This document shows, piece by piece, positions 50,165-64,000 of a stretch of 64,000 bases of DNA. Under the pieces are notes generated by a model. The model saw only the letters and a list, made by a program, of their open reading frames with translations, made no database searches and was not told the origin of the DNA. Positions within the stretch are counted from its first letter, which is position 1. Each line of letters opens with the position of its first letter. The position numbers were made by a program, and so were the translations under genes. Source of the stretch: Acanthaster planci (Eukaryota); contig NW_019091356.1 in assembly GCF_001949145.1 (NCBI RefSeq), forward strand, positions 646,938 to 710,937. Direction: 5' to 3'.

Positions 50165-52139
50165 CATGAAGCAGGAGGGGGGGTCAAGGGTCACATCTGA
50201 GGTCATTTCACCTTTGGAAAACCTAAACAAGGTTTAAACTGAGATCTATCAGCTATGGACTTGATCAGCTCAGTAATTGGGCATCAAATTATGGAAGAAT
50301 GTACGTCATCATGTTGGCATCAGATTTTAAGTTTCACTGTGTAAAGCTGTAGGTTGTAGAGAGTGTTTTGAATTGACATTCAAAGACTTGCATATATTCT
50401 TTATAAAAGTTTCTTTTATTCTGTAATGAAATTTGCAAGGAACTACCCATTTCTACAGTAGTTCAAGGGCACTGCAGCACTATCACCTCACAAATACATG
50501 TTGCAAAGATACAGATACTCTTCTGATTAGTTGACTAAATTTTCTTTGAATGCTTATCTGGGAATACCTAGAGGCTCTGAATGACATAGCATTCTAACAA
50601 AAGGCCTTGTCAGTGAATTCAGTATCTGGTTTTGTCATTGACACATTCATGTTGCTTGTTGGTTATAGCCAGTTGATGCTTTGAATACCAAACTTCAAAT
50701 GCAGTTCTTCAAAAAATGAAGAAGCAGACATTTGTAAGTTTTCCAAGGTGTTTAAGGAACCCATGTGCATTTTGTTTCATCTACCCTTACCTCTTTGTGA
50801 ACTTCTATACGTTGCTTTCAAGAAAATTCTGAATTTTTACATGGTTTCAAAAGGGAGTTCCTTTTGTTTTGTGTATTAGTGGATTTCTTTTCTTTAAGTT
50901 TTTACAAGTACAGTAGAAATAAAAGCCACTGTAGAAGATCAGGATAAGTCTCCACAATTGATACATTTATCTAAACATAAGGAAACTTTGGGTGTTAACA
51001 AAAGTCCCATCACAAAATTACAATGAATGTTCTGTAAAGCATTTTTTAACTTGGAAACACATTGTTCCCTTCATGGATGTTAACTACAGTATATGAAAGA
51101 AGTTCAATTAAAATTGTAAGGATAAAATTGTTAAATATTTGTGGTTTTTATTTTAATAGTGTCTCTTTTGATGACTATAAAAATTTGGCTCTTTACATCC
51201 AATACCTACTCATGAATATTTTATTCATTTTCAGTGCAGATAAAAAGGAATAAAAAGTTTACATGACTTACTGAAAGCATCTGTATAAATTGCCTGCAAA
51301 GCTTATAAATCCCTAAATACCTCAACACAAATTTACAGTACCTGTAAGATAAAAAAAAATCCCAGTTAAACAAGATCACGTAGCAATACATTAAGTTTAG
51401 CACTTCATAATTGATAAATGAGTGAAACATGTTCCAGAGTAAATGCATCAGTGGTTTCTGCCCCATTTCAATTTTAACACTTAAACTTGTTTTATGTCAA
51501 ATTCTCCCATACTAATTATATCTCTGCTCGTATTCCATGAGAATGTGTTGTATAGCATGATTTAATGTATTCTGGTTGAAACAGGTTATCATTATTCTTT
51601 CAACATAAGATACATGTATTTACACAGTAGAAAAAGTATATGTACACCTCTCCAAAGAGGTTTCAAAAAAGCTTTTGAGATTTTTATCTGAAAGATGCCA
51701 TGTAGAGATGTTAAGCATTAAAAAAGAACCAAAACGACCCCATACTAATTCTACTTATTTTTACTCATTTCAAGACAGTGGATCATATAACACAATATAA
51801 TTTGGTTGAAAACAATTATAGCTTCATATTTATTATATTCTTATTGCTTCATTCCTTTCAACGGCAGCAGAGTGATTTTTGAAATGGAAACAGTGGAGAC
51901 TAATATGTAGACGGAGAACAAACACAATAGCTTGAAAAAAGGCAAAGACACAGAATAGGAGTTCTTGCAGACAACTTTAATTAAAAGTCACAGATTCAGT
52001 TATAAGAACCAACTGTGGACACCCCAATGGAAATTATCACAAACCTTTGTAGGCATCACTGGATAGAAAAAAATTGGACCTGGACACCGAAGGACTACCC
52101 TGAAGGTACACAAAGCCAATGGCCATAACAAGATGGAGT

Positions 52140-55100
52140 CTAAGACTGGACATTGTAAGGGATAGAAAGGTCCTTCTTCTTGAAGATGAACAGCAAGATG
52201 CCCACACCAAGCACAGTTCCAACTAACAACATTCCAATTCCAAACCCAACAAAAGCTCCTACAAGAGATATAGAACATTTTGGATTTATCCAAATATGAA
52301 AATGAATTAAGGTCATCAACATTTTATTTCTTTATCATGTGGTTCACCATGGTAAAAACATTACATTTCCCAAGTTTCCATTGCAAAGTAAAAGCAAGTG
52401 ACTGAGCTCCAACAAACAGGAGAAATTCTCCCAGAGGTACACATTGATTCCTGTGAGACTATAGAAATGGTCATAGAGGTTTTAATTTACTGAGCCTGAA
52501 ATGGTTTTAAGAATGTTTACAAGCTGAGTGAGCAGGGAATATAGTAACCTCAGCTCATTAAGACTTGGTGTCAAGTGTATTTTATAAAAATGATCTACTG
52601 TTACATGACAACTTTGGTTGCTCTCCAATTTTTAAAGAATTTTTGAATGGACGCAACACGTTAAATATATGATGATCACAGACTTTAGCAACAATATTCT
52701 TGACGGTAAACAAATACCAACCAAACCTTACCAGTGCTGAAGCCCTGAGAGCCACCTGGGTTGGGCTTGTTAGAACCAAATGTGTTTCGCAGCGAGTCAG
52801 GCTTGACAGTCAGTGTCTTCTCCTATTGAGGAAAAAAAGCAAAACGGAACGCTTTTCAAGACTGCCAAAGATGACACATTGATGAGTCTTTACATGACAG
52901 GTTTTTCCTCAAGTACAATTGTCTTCTATTCTGCTCATACATATATTCAAATGCATAAACTAACACTTGAACGGTATTGGAAGTTCCCATTTCACCCAAT
53001 CATACTTTAGCTGCAGAACTTTACTGAACATCCAATCACATTATCAATTACAATCTTTCTTTACCGTGCTATTGTAGTGGAAGTTGATATAGAGGAACTT
53101 CTCCTCCAGAGCAGTGTTGATTGTCATCTCCAAGGTAACCGTCGCATCAGTCAGTGATGGCTGTTTGATCATGTCCACGGCATTCCCCTTAACATCAGGA
53201 ACTCCAAGTAGGGTGAAGAAAACAGTTGTTACTTTGTCGTTACTTTCTTCTGCCTATGTGTGCGGTCACAAAAAAACAAATCAGGGAAAACAAATTAAAA
53301 CCTGACATTGAGTTAGGAGTTGTTTTCTAAAAGACTGAGCAATGTACAGCCTTCATGCAAAAACTATATATGATGCTCTGAGGCCATGAAGGACCAATCA
53401 TATGGTTTGCCATGAGGCATTTTCTGCAAGATGAGCACAAACCAGTATTCTGTTGTAAGAGAAAGGCATCCGACTAGTGTTACTGTGGCAACGGTAGTCA
53501 AGCTTTCAGTCATTTATTTTGCTGCTTCTTTACGGAGGGTATAATTATTAATGCGCATAACGCTGTAGGATGGGGAAATTTTCAGTGGGCAGTTGGCAGT
53601 CAGTTCATTGGCTTGAATGACTCTTTTTAAACTGGTTTCCATTTCATTTCTGCATGTTATTTCAACACCTTCTCTCTCTGTGTTCTTATTTTCTATGTCC
53701 AGCACAAGTTCAAAATTTAGTTTCAAAACAAAACGTTTGAACACTCAAAATGCAAATGTAGATTAAAACAACACTCCTTATTTAAATTAAAATCAGGAAC
53801 AAGTTTGATAAATTCCACTCCATATAATTACTTAAACTGCAAGGTATGTAACATTAAACTAATACTAAAATTCAGTATAGAACTACTGACTGTCCTCAAG
53901 GAAAAAATACTAGTCTTGTCTCAAGGAGTTCACGTGTTGCTGTTGAACTTACAAGCACATTTGCAATTCTGGAGGGTGATATCCCCGCAGTTGTAGCAAG
54001 GCTATTTACAACCCCATGGTAAAACTCAAAGGTGTTGTTTGCTATGACCATGTTGTAGATACCTACAGGAGGAAGAGAATTGGAGTACATGTATTCCCCA
54101 CTGCTCTATGCTCAGGCATGATTTGCGTGGAAATATTTCACAGATTTACAATTTGAAAACTTTTTAGAACTCCACTGATTGTAACATTCATGTGACATGT
54201 CAAGAAAAGCGAGAACTTTGTGAGAAATGCCAGAAAGTATTACCACCTTAATTTTACAAGGAAACAAATTAAATTTAAAACCTACAAACAAATGAGAAAT
54301 CTGACTTGTTCGTGTTGAACATACGTATAATATCTGAGAAATGGAGAAGCATTCACCTGTCTCCAAAATGTCAAAGGCAAGTTCCTTGCCATTGTTGCTG
54401 TCAAAGCACGGAGACAAATCAAAGTGAGAGGGGTCCACATTAGCTGCGTCATAGTGGAAATAGTTAACAATGAAGCTCCCATTCCTCATTGTTCCATTCT
54501 TCATCTTTAAACAAAAATAAGAGTAAAACAGGACCTTGCTCAAGTCTGATTTCCTTATGAATGTTAAACTTTTGCATGAAACAGGTTCTGCTGAGTTGTA
54601 AAACAGCAACCATGCAGCTGTGAACACTGACCCTGAGCAGCTCCGAGCTCGCATAAATGAAATTAAAAATTCAAAACACTTAAGAAGTAATCATAGCTGG
54701 ATGGATAGTTTTAAAAGAACAGAAGAAGAAGCTGTTTACTAGCTGAGCAGAAACGGACTTGAAATGAGTCAGAATGAAGTTTTTGCAAAACTTGACAAAA
54801 CATTTTTCCAGCTGTGAAATTCATTGTCTCTATACCTTCCTGTTCTCCAGTAAATACCTATGCATGTGAGCGTGCAACAAGATTTTGGATAGGATGCTGT
54901 TGAGATTGTCATAACTAGAACCCTTAGGTAATACATGTAGATATAATACTATACCTTCAGATTCCATTCGACCTTTGACATGGTAGGCATATATGTTGAC
55001 ATGTTCAATCCTCCTTGAGTGTTCCAAGAATCCTGTTGGCACAAAGAAGACACCCAGAAGATTTCTTTCATCGATCTTAATTTGATCTAAATTTGAAGAT

Positions 55101-58100
55101 ATTCACAGCATCACTTGTAAGACTAACTGTAAGCATGCAAGAAGAGTTCTCTTTAAGTTGTAAGTTGACCGTATTTGCATCTTTTTTGTACAAAAAAATG
55201 TGATAACAAAACTGCATGGCATTTTCTTTCTTACCGTAGTAAAAAAAAATTCCCAAGTGCTGTTTGTTTGAAATGATGAATTGTTTCCGATCCAAGTGGG
55301 TTTCCAATCTGTCCTTTTTGCAATCCAGGATTCGGCCTGCATATCACGCAGCTCAGACTAAGGCAAGGAAAGAATTGAAAGACTCACAAGAACTTTCTCT
55401 AAAAAGTTGTCTGTGATCACTGGCGGTGGAAGCTGGGGGAGGGGACTGGCCCCCCACTTTAACGACTGGGGGGCCAGTCCCCCCCCCCCACTTTTTGCAG
55501 TCCTATATCTGGATAGGGCTAAAGGGATTGAGCCCTAAATGGCTGATGCCTGATGGTCTAACAACTGCACCCCTCCCCCATCTCAAAATCGTTCCACCGC
55601 CGGTGTCTCAGTCAGATACCAAGCGTCAGTGGAGCAAAGTGTGCATCAATGGAGAAAGACACTAATTTTTAGAGAGTGTACATATCACTACCACTAGCAA
55701 GTCGAATGTCCTCAAACTGCAACAAAGGCATGCCACACATCATGTTCTCCCATGGTCATCCTCATCTCAGTTGTGGAGGCTAGCTCAGATCCCAGCATAG
55801 CTGGACTACATAGGTTAGTGTCTACCCCCCTCTAGAGGCTGATCCTGTGATCCCTGGATCTTGTATACAGTGACTGCAGTGTAAACACGCCGTGCAGTTT
55901 AATTCTACAATACTCAGCAAAAATCCCTTCTCCCTGAAACGAAGATTGGCTTTACCCCCTGAGGCTATTCTATGAGTTTTTAACTCAGTTTTTGCCCTTT
56001 GTACTGAGTGCTATTATGTCCTAAACACAAGTAAAGAGTGACTGGAATTTGTCTTGGCCCCTCACCACTCCTTGGTATTGCCAGTCTTCTACTTCAAAGT
56101 TAAAGAAACTGGCGACACTCTTAATCTGGACATGCACATTGTCAGGGGACTCAGCATCTGGTGAATACAATGATATAGGGGTGATGTTGCAATGACCAGT
56201 GTCCATGTTGACTCGGTATGTCAATCCTGGAAGAACAAAAGGAAAACAAAGGGACTGCTTTAGCTTTTTTAATTAGAAAATAATATTCTGTGGAATCTTC
56301 ACAACAACCAAATCACAATTTAATAAATAAATGAATAAAATAAATGAACTTTTTGTCACACCTTAGAGGGTTAACACAACTGGCTGTGACAAGTGTATAA
56401 AATATGTAACTTTGCCAACATCTTTATCACTATTTACTCTCTCATATTTCAATACGACACCCAGATTAGGCATGGGCAGTTCCACATCCGCAAATCACAA
56501 TATTTCAGTTTTCTGTCTTCATCTGAGCACTTTGAATTTTTTCAGAGCATGAACTTAAAGTCAAGATTTACAAAAAGCAAATGGTCGATTAGATCTGTTT
56601 AGATATGCTTCACCATTTCAACAGATGGCCCAAAGTTTACAACACCCACAGATCCAAGATATTATATCTTGCTTTGTTTACATGTGCACTTTCCTATGTG
56701 AGCTCAATTGACTGGGTCCAATCTCTTTGCCATAGGAAGGCACACATCAACAAAGCAGGGCATCATGGGTCTATTGGTACATTTCTCCATATCTACTGAA
56801 AATTATTGCGACACTTTCATTTTAGTTTTCTAAGTATTTGGGACATATTCCCGCTCGGTGAAATTAACAATTACAACACCTGTATTGAAATCATCCAGAG
56901 AACGGTAGGGTGTACGCATGCTGGTACCATTATTTCTTAAACTGTAATAATACACAGCCATCCTGCCTTTGTAGTCATACACTTCCTACAAGACAACAAG
57001 TGGAGGAAAAGGTAGTTGAACACCAACAACTTGTTCATAGCTGGTTATATAAAGTTTTTTGTTAATTTCTTATTAAATTGAAAACTAAATGTCAAAGAAC
57101 AAATCTGAATAAATAGTGTTGGTGATGGAACGTTGTTACCCAGGGCAAATAAAATATGCTAAGAATACAACAATGAATTTTTCTGATTTGCTGAGTTAAG
57201 TCTTTCAAGCATTTAAAGTTCAATGAAAGGCAGAGGTTCATTTCAAACAACAACAATTATTGCAATACATAGTTACTGTTCAGAGATTGATATCATTGAA
57301 TCAAAAAGGGGGAAGTGTAATGCCATAAATTCCAAATTAAAACTTACTGACACATAGAAAACTCGCTTTAGAGGGGGTATCACAACCTCAAGACTTTGGA
57401 AGAAGTGGTCTGGGAGCTTTGGTAATGGCTTCAGACTTTTACGGCCTGGACACACTACCCCAAGCGGAGGCTAATTGCAAGAAAGATGCAGATCAAGTGT
57501 GAATCAGAGGTTAATGATCAGAACACACACAGGGAAAGGTTTTCAACTTGTAACCGCCAAACTACTTTAACTGGAGCCAGGGTTATGTATTCAGAAGTAT
57601 CCATTTTAACTTATGACACTGCTTTAAAATTCGAAACATTTTTGGTTGTTCTTGGAATGCTGTTTCCCATTCAAAAAGGTAAAAAAGTCCCACTGTTGAC
57701 TAGTCAATGGTTTCAAATCACACATTTTCAATACACAATTTATGAACTGCGCGTAGGAAGCCTCTTTCATAGAACACTGGCAAAGTAATTCCAATGGATA
57801 ATACTGAATATAAACAGACTGAAGAATAGTGAAGGAATGTTTTCTTCATTTCCAACAACCAATGTTCCTGAACTTACTTCAAATGTTCGATCAGCAAACT
57901 TGGGATGAAACTGCACATCAAAGAACTCATACACATGACTGTAAGAGTGTGTGCCATTTACAGGAACAAGATGTCCATTGATGAACCTTTTGTTCGAAGC
58001 TGAAATTCAAGGGGGAAATGTGTACATTCTAGAGGGAAATTCCTCTGTTTTGTTCTTTCCTTAAAGTAAACAAACAATTTGAACAAACCACCATAATGGA

Positions 58101-60525
58101 TTTGTTTCTGCCAATTCTACACTACCAATGTAAAACAATTTATGTACAAATTTCCATTTTGTGAAAATGACATGAAAAACATCAAGTGAATGAATCTTTA
58201 GTTTAGGGAGAGGGTTTAAGTGAACGAAAAAAACTAAATAGGTACCAATACAGAAAATACTTCGGTTCCCCAAATATTGTTTCTGCTTGAATGCAGGAAA
58301 AAATACTATCAGCAGGAAATAAAGGTTTTGAAAGTGTCATAGGAATACAGTACAGATAAATTTATACAGAGAACAACCTCTCACAATGACTACATTCCGA
58401 CTGACAACAATTAAATAAATCAGCTTCATTTGCATGGCCATCTAGTGTTCTGGAATCTCTAATCAACATATGACATCAGAGGCAATATTCTGAAAAATTT
58501 GGCAAATAAAAATAGTATAAACTTGTGAGCTTCGGAAGCACTGATTTTCAAACTTTTTCTGATCTTTGAACGTGTGAAAATATGAAATTTTAGAATAAAA
58601 TATACATTTTTTCACTAAGAGTATTAAAAATAAATAACCAAGTTATGTAAGCATCCAAATTCCCATGTTTTGAAATATTAATTATTCAGATCTCAGCCAC
58701 GCTATGATTTATGGCAAGACATTAGTTACATTTCATACTAATATTCCTTGATTACCTGTTCCATTCAAGGCCAATCGTAGCGGTACCTGGGTGTCACCAT
58801 TTGCAGTCTTGTAGCCAGGTACTGTGAAGTAGTAATCCAGGAGGGATGTTGCATTGGTTTCCTCAAAATACCAACAACTTTGCCAATGATCGGCAGGTAT
58901 GCCTCGCACGTACGTGGTGCCCATGTAAGTCTCATTGTATGAGGCACCAAACCTGAAGATATCTGCGGCACTAGCAATATGGGCTGTGCCGTTCTGCAGC
59001 GTAAAGCCAAAGATGTTGAAACCTTTTGCTGTCACATTTCCAACGGTGCAACTATCACCTGCAGATGGAATAAATTTCAAACATACGTTAAAACTCGAAC
59101 ACCAAATTGTATTATTGTAAAGTTAACTGAGTTAAAGAAGGAAAAGCTGTTTTCAATTTGTTTTACAAAACTTACTGATTGAGCAAATGTCCTGATTGGT
59201 TCCTAAAATCTAGCAGATGTCATGAATCGATCAGCATCAATATTCTACTAACAGTAACAGATCTCACAATAGTCAATTGCATACCTAACCAGCATACTAA
59301 CTTGATAACAAACTTTAGATTGACTATTTTCTTTTCCAGAGTTTCCTGGTTTTCTGTATGAGGTAAAGGAGTCATTTCAGATTTGTTGGTCACCACTAAT
59401 TTTCAATCATTTCTTGTGTTATGTTTGTAATATGTATAGGTGTACTACCCTATTTATCAGTACATGTATCAGTTAATACCCAATTTTCTAATACGAGACC
59501 TTTGTGCTCTTTATTTTCTGTGGGAAAAAAAGGAAATTTAAATGGAAAATTTTATCTCGTGTTTTATTCTAATCACAAATTTATGTAATCTGTACATTTA
59601 TGGACATCTTTGTATATTTTATAAGATTTATTGATGTAACCACTACACAATTCAACCTTTGGGTTGAAAGCAAGCGAGAACGCCAATAATGATTTTAATA
59701 ACAGAATAATATTAATAACCAGGGTACAATTTATATATTACATATCAAGTGATATAAATATATTAGAATACTATTTCACTATAGAAGCCTATGTTAATCA
59801 TTATAATATTATTACAAAATATAAAAAGTGGACCTACCAGAATAAACCCTGATAATTTCTCTGGTAGCGTAGTTGATAAATGTCTGTGAGATATTCCCAT
59901 TGTAGATATTATTGACAGCACCACGATTATTAATATAATCGTAGTATTCCACTACCTCAACTGTGTTATTCCAGCCAAGAATGTTGGCTTCGACCTGTGT
60001 GTTAACAAGAATTTGGCCACAAGTTCAATAGCTTCAAAAAGACAATACAGTCTTAGATTTATTTCATGCAAAAATATAACTCTTGACTAAAATCCATCAT
60101 ATCAAATAAAAATTCAAGACATCAGAAAAGATGTTGCTTTCAAGATTGGGCACGCGAAAAAATAGTTAGTTTCCTCCTTGAAGGAAATGTTCACTCGGAA
60201 GGAATCACAGGCACGGAACAAACACTAAGACAAAGAAGAAAAAACACACAAGACTGCATAAACAAACAACTTCTTGCATTCATGCAAATGTTTCTAATTG
60301 CCCTTGAAAAATATCCTAAATACAACAATTTCCACTGAACGGGAACATTCCTCCCCTTCATTTCATACAAACCCTTAGCATAAACTGCTCAGGAAGAGAG
60401 GGGAGGGATGGTCCATCTCCCTCGGAAGTGTGGGGGGTGCAGACATTGGGGTCTGGTTGTGCATGTACATCTCCTGCTATCAAGCAGAAAACACTCAGGA
60501 AAACAAGCAGCATTGAAGGTGCCAT
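52140..60525 (-). CDS. Type I membrane glycoprotein with two tandem ependymin-related/LolA-like repeats
   Basis: Signal peptide MAPSMLLVFLSVFCLIAGDVHA. Exons 60525-60373, 59994-59838, 59058-58756, 57999-57878, 57470-57348, 56985-56880, 56226-56066, 55357-55235, 55032-54955, 54504-54357, 54062-53953, 53253-53065, 52822-52732, 52258-52140, phases consistent. Two homologous units (LPSLPEQF..EYYDY..C..F.F..YMG..VRGIPADHW and LPKLPDHF..EVYDY..C..F.F..YQG..LRDMQAESW), a C-terminal TM helix and the tail KKKDLSIPYNVQS. A non-coding first-exon donor lies near 61339. Confidence 0.85.
55418..55605. mobile_element. Short G/C-run MITE-like element
   Basis: Inverted ends cactggcggtggaa and ttccaccgccggtg enclosing poly-G/poly-C tracts. 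Confidence 0.65.
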
Positions 60526-63500
60526 TGCATTCACTGAAAACAACGTCAGAGAAAAACATAATAGGCCTAAGCAAGATATCTAAACATAAATTGCATAAAC
60601 ACACCTACATCTGAGCATATTTTATCCTTTAAGGTGAAAGGATTTTTGTACTATTACCAATCTGTTCCCATTATGATGAGTCCAAGCACTAGGTCTATAT
60701 CTTTACATGTACATGCTTTATGCTCAAAAGTAGGCCAATATCGGGTGCTGAAATGAAAGAGCCCACAAAAAATGGTTTACGCAACAGGAGATTTCAAGGT
60801 TAAATGAGCATTCACAATTAAATCAGCATACGGCAATACCCATTCGCCAATTGTGGCGACTGATCAATGTGTTCCTACCTAGCTCTATGGATGAAACAAG
60901 GCAAACAAGAGTCATGAAAGAGTATACCACAGTCAACGCCAACAAAATCTGTATCAAGCATTGGTGCTCATGGCGCACGTAGCTCCCAATATTACATATA
61001 TGTATGATGTGAATAATTTTGCCATTGGCAGCTTATTTTGGGGGATTTTTACACCCTGCAATCTTTCCAGCAATAATCAGAGCATTGGATTTGTGTATAC
61101 TGCCTACATCATCCCATCACTTCCATTCAGCACATCGTTGATGCATGCCTCTATGGCCATGCCTCCATGGCCATACCTCCATGATCCCAGTGATGGATTC
61201 GATGCAAAGCTATGCAAAAGGAAAGGGTAGCTTAGCTACGCCTTATGACATTGTTCCCAGAAAGTACAGACCAACAAAACTCTGGAAGTGGGACACATTT
61301 TGAAGACAACACTTCTCATCGTGAATTCGGTCAACTTACCTCGCAACTGCGTAACTGGGTTCCAAAGATGCCGATTCTCCGGGACTGACCTACATGTACA
61401 CTGAAGAGCGGTCTATCAACAAGCCAGTCACGAGTTTTGCGCGTACCGGTCTTTTTTATTCCACCTGCTCTGAATAACAATGGGATTTGTTGCGCTATCT
61501 TCGGTTCCAGACATAACCGGGTGCGTAGTGAAAGTTACATAATAACTTCTCATAGAGCAAGAAAACACTCGTTCGTTATATTTACAACATGCGAGTATAC
61601 TTCGTAATGACCTAATCCATGCCTAAACCAGATAGAATAGGAACGAAAACTGAAGGATCGTTGGGGAATAATCCAAAACAAATAACTTGGTACAAATAAG
61701 GCTGAAAAATAGGGAAAAACACGAGTCCAAACAACACGGTAACGAAAACATTTCCATTTGTATAAATAATAATTTATTCCAATTGAGAGAACAAATTATT
61801 AACCTCAGTTACAAATTGCAGTGTGAGACAAAGTATATACAACATAGTAAAGAAAAATTCAAAAAGGCACTTTTACAAAATATAAACCATGTTCTACTTT
61901 CAAAATGCTTTACACAGCACAACAATGGTAAGTTGAAACACTAAACACTCATAGGTAAAAAATACACAAAATTAACACTTTGGACGTAGACAGTGCAATT
62001 CTAAAAGCATCCAAATTCTTTAACATAAAAATGCCTTCAAAGGTTTCTAAAAATTTGTTTTACACATACAAATTTCTCAGTAAAACAGGTTACATCTCCA
62101 AAAGAAACAGTGATGTATATTTTAGGTAGCATAAAACAGAGGGAATGAAACAACATGCTAATTAGCTAACAATATTTTTGCCAATTATATTACTGTCAAT
62201 GTTGATTTTGTAAATTTAGTTATATTAAGCAAAACTCTGATAAATGGATAAATCTGTCCTTACAGTGAAGTTACGGCAATGAAAGAAAAAATCTATTTGA
62301 AATCTCTCTTATTGTTTAAGCTGAAAAAAATTGACTCCATATTTTTAACTTCAGTACTTTCAAAAGGTTTTTTGTGTAAATGTTCATCATTAAAAAGACA
62401 CATTACTATAAAAAAAAAGCAATTTCAACATCCTTTGAATGGTTTCATTGTGCTTACAAATAATTATAACATTAAATGTTTCATATCTTAGTTTTGGGTA
62501 AAAATTTCTTGCCACGCTGCCTGCTACATACATAAGTACATGTAGTCATACCATGCTTTGTTTAAATACATATTCGTATCAAGTGAAAAAAAAATTATGA
62601 AAATTTGAAAAAAGAAATGTCCTCGTGGCTGCAACAAATATCTTCATTTTCTGTCCTTTTCTTTTCTCCTTTTTTCTATCTCATTTTCCTTCAAATAAAA
62701 CAGCAAGAAATAGGGGGAAAGGGAAATTTTAGCATAATCTAGAGTGTGAAGAGACTGCAAAATGTAGCAACATTTCAGCTCCTATGAAACTTTGGGGTAA
62801 AAGTAGTAAGAAAATTCAGATGGTCTTTTTCTGATATGAGACAAAACATACTAGAAGCAATCAAATCCCTAATAATAATGACCAAATATGCCTGCTACAC
62901 AACAGTCCATCATCTGATGCTGACTCTCATGCAGGCTTTTGGGGTAAAAACAGCAACAACAAAACTTTCTGGTGCAAATGATAAAATAAATTCATCTAGC
63001 TTGCAAAACTCACAAACATTACTTGTCATAACAAGGGACACTGTGTTGCTGTGTTTATACTGATGAACTTCATATGCATCAGATTGGCAAATTATAAGGC
63101 CATGTAACATTTGTTTGTAGGCTCAAATCCCTCAGAAGGGAAAATTTAATATCATATAAATCTGACATCTGATATATGGTACCAAAGTCAAAGGAGAGCA
63201 CAACAAGCATGAAAGCTACTAAACTTTTAAGTACCAGTCAGCTACTTCGCCTAGAGTTTGTGTCCGGAATTTGGAAAGGGTATAAATGAACCTCCAAGTT
63301 AGCTAACCAGGTTTACAGTATGCTACAAGAACAATAAAGTTCAGATAAGAGAAGACTGAATGACCGTTTGCCATCATTTACAACACTTGGCACAATATAC
63401 TAAGCTAATATGGGAGATGTCATCATTGTAAGTTGGAAGCCATAACAGCTATAGTGCACTTTGGGCATGCATCATCACATCAAAAGCTATTTTTGAGTTG

Positions 63501-64000
63501 TGCACACAAAACATTTCACTATTTGCACGAAGTCAATGTGACTGTGGTGTCTGCAGATTTGGAGAGGAAGTCCTCTGGAAAATACATCTTGGGGAGGAAA
63601 AAATACACCTTAACAAATATAAATGATAGCAAAAAGTTGGGGCTGGTGTGAAATTAGGGGCAGAGGGGTGGTGTGAACCTATAAATTGATTTTAAATGGC
63701 CTAAATACATACCAAGCAGTGAAAAAAGGCAACAAAATACACAAACAAAGAGCTGATTTAAACAGAAATATGCATTGCAAAAAACATTTTGTATTCCATC
63801 CGGGGCCACAAAATTCTGCCCTTACTGAAAGCAACTCAATTTATCTAAATTATGCAAAAAAGAATAAAAGTATGTCTTCATCCGTAAGGCGAGGTAGTCA
63901 TTTGTATGACGTGACTCATGAGTTTCATTACAACAGTGAGACAGTAGACAAGACACAGTGCTAACAATGAACAGCATATCAAACACCAGAGAAAGTTTAG

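Noticed and set aside
61700..64000. Coding gene at the right end of the window
   Set aside because: No spliceable ORF with a recognisable product; AT-rich, possibly the 3' UTR of a minus-strand gene outside the window (AATAAA-like site near 61775)

Overview
Intron-rich, AT-rich eukaryotic (animal, most likely marine invertebrate; species not determinable) genomic DNA with one 270-N assembly gap. Six protein-coding genes can be assembled by hand from GT-AG junctions: (1) the 5' end of a signal-peptide/Ig-domain receptor (protogenin/DCC-like, minus); (2) ULK4 pseudokinase (plus, 25 coding exons, plus a candidate 9-nt microexon); (3) an unrecognised secreted acidic precursor with six exon-encoded helix-pair repeats, many dibasic sites and a thyroglobulin type-1 domain (plus); (4) BZW/eIF5-mimic (minus), whose introns host at least four sense-strand box C/D snoRNAs (a SNORD17-like, a SNORD88-like and a duplicated pair with no target I can identify); (5) SEM1/DSS1 (plus); (6) a type I membrane glycoprotein with two ependymin-related/LolA-like repeats (minus). 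Introns also contain several MITEs, a retroposed tRNA-like element with a target-site duplication, and tandem repeats. Family assignments rest on remembered sequences and motifs; no searches were run.
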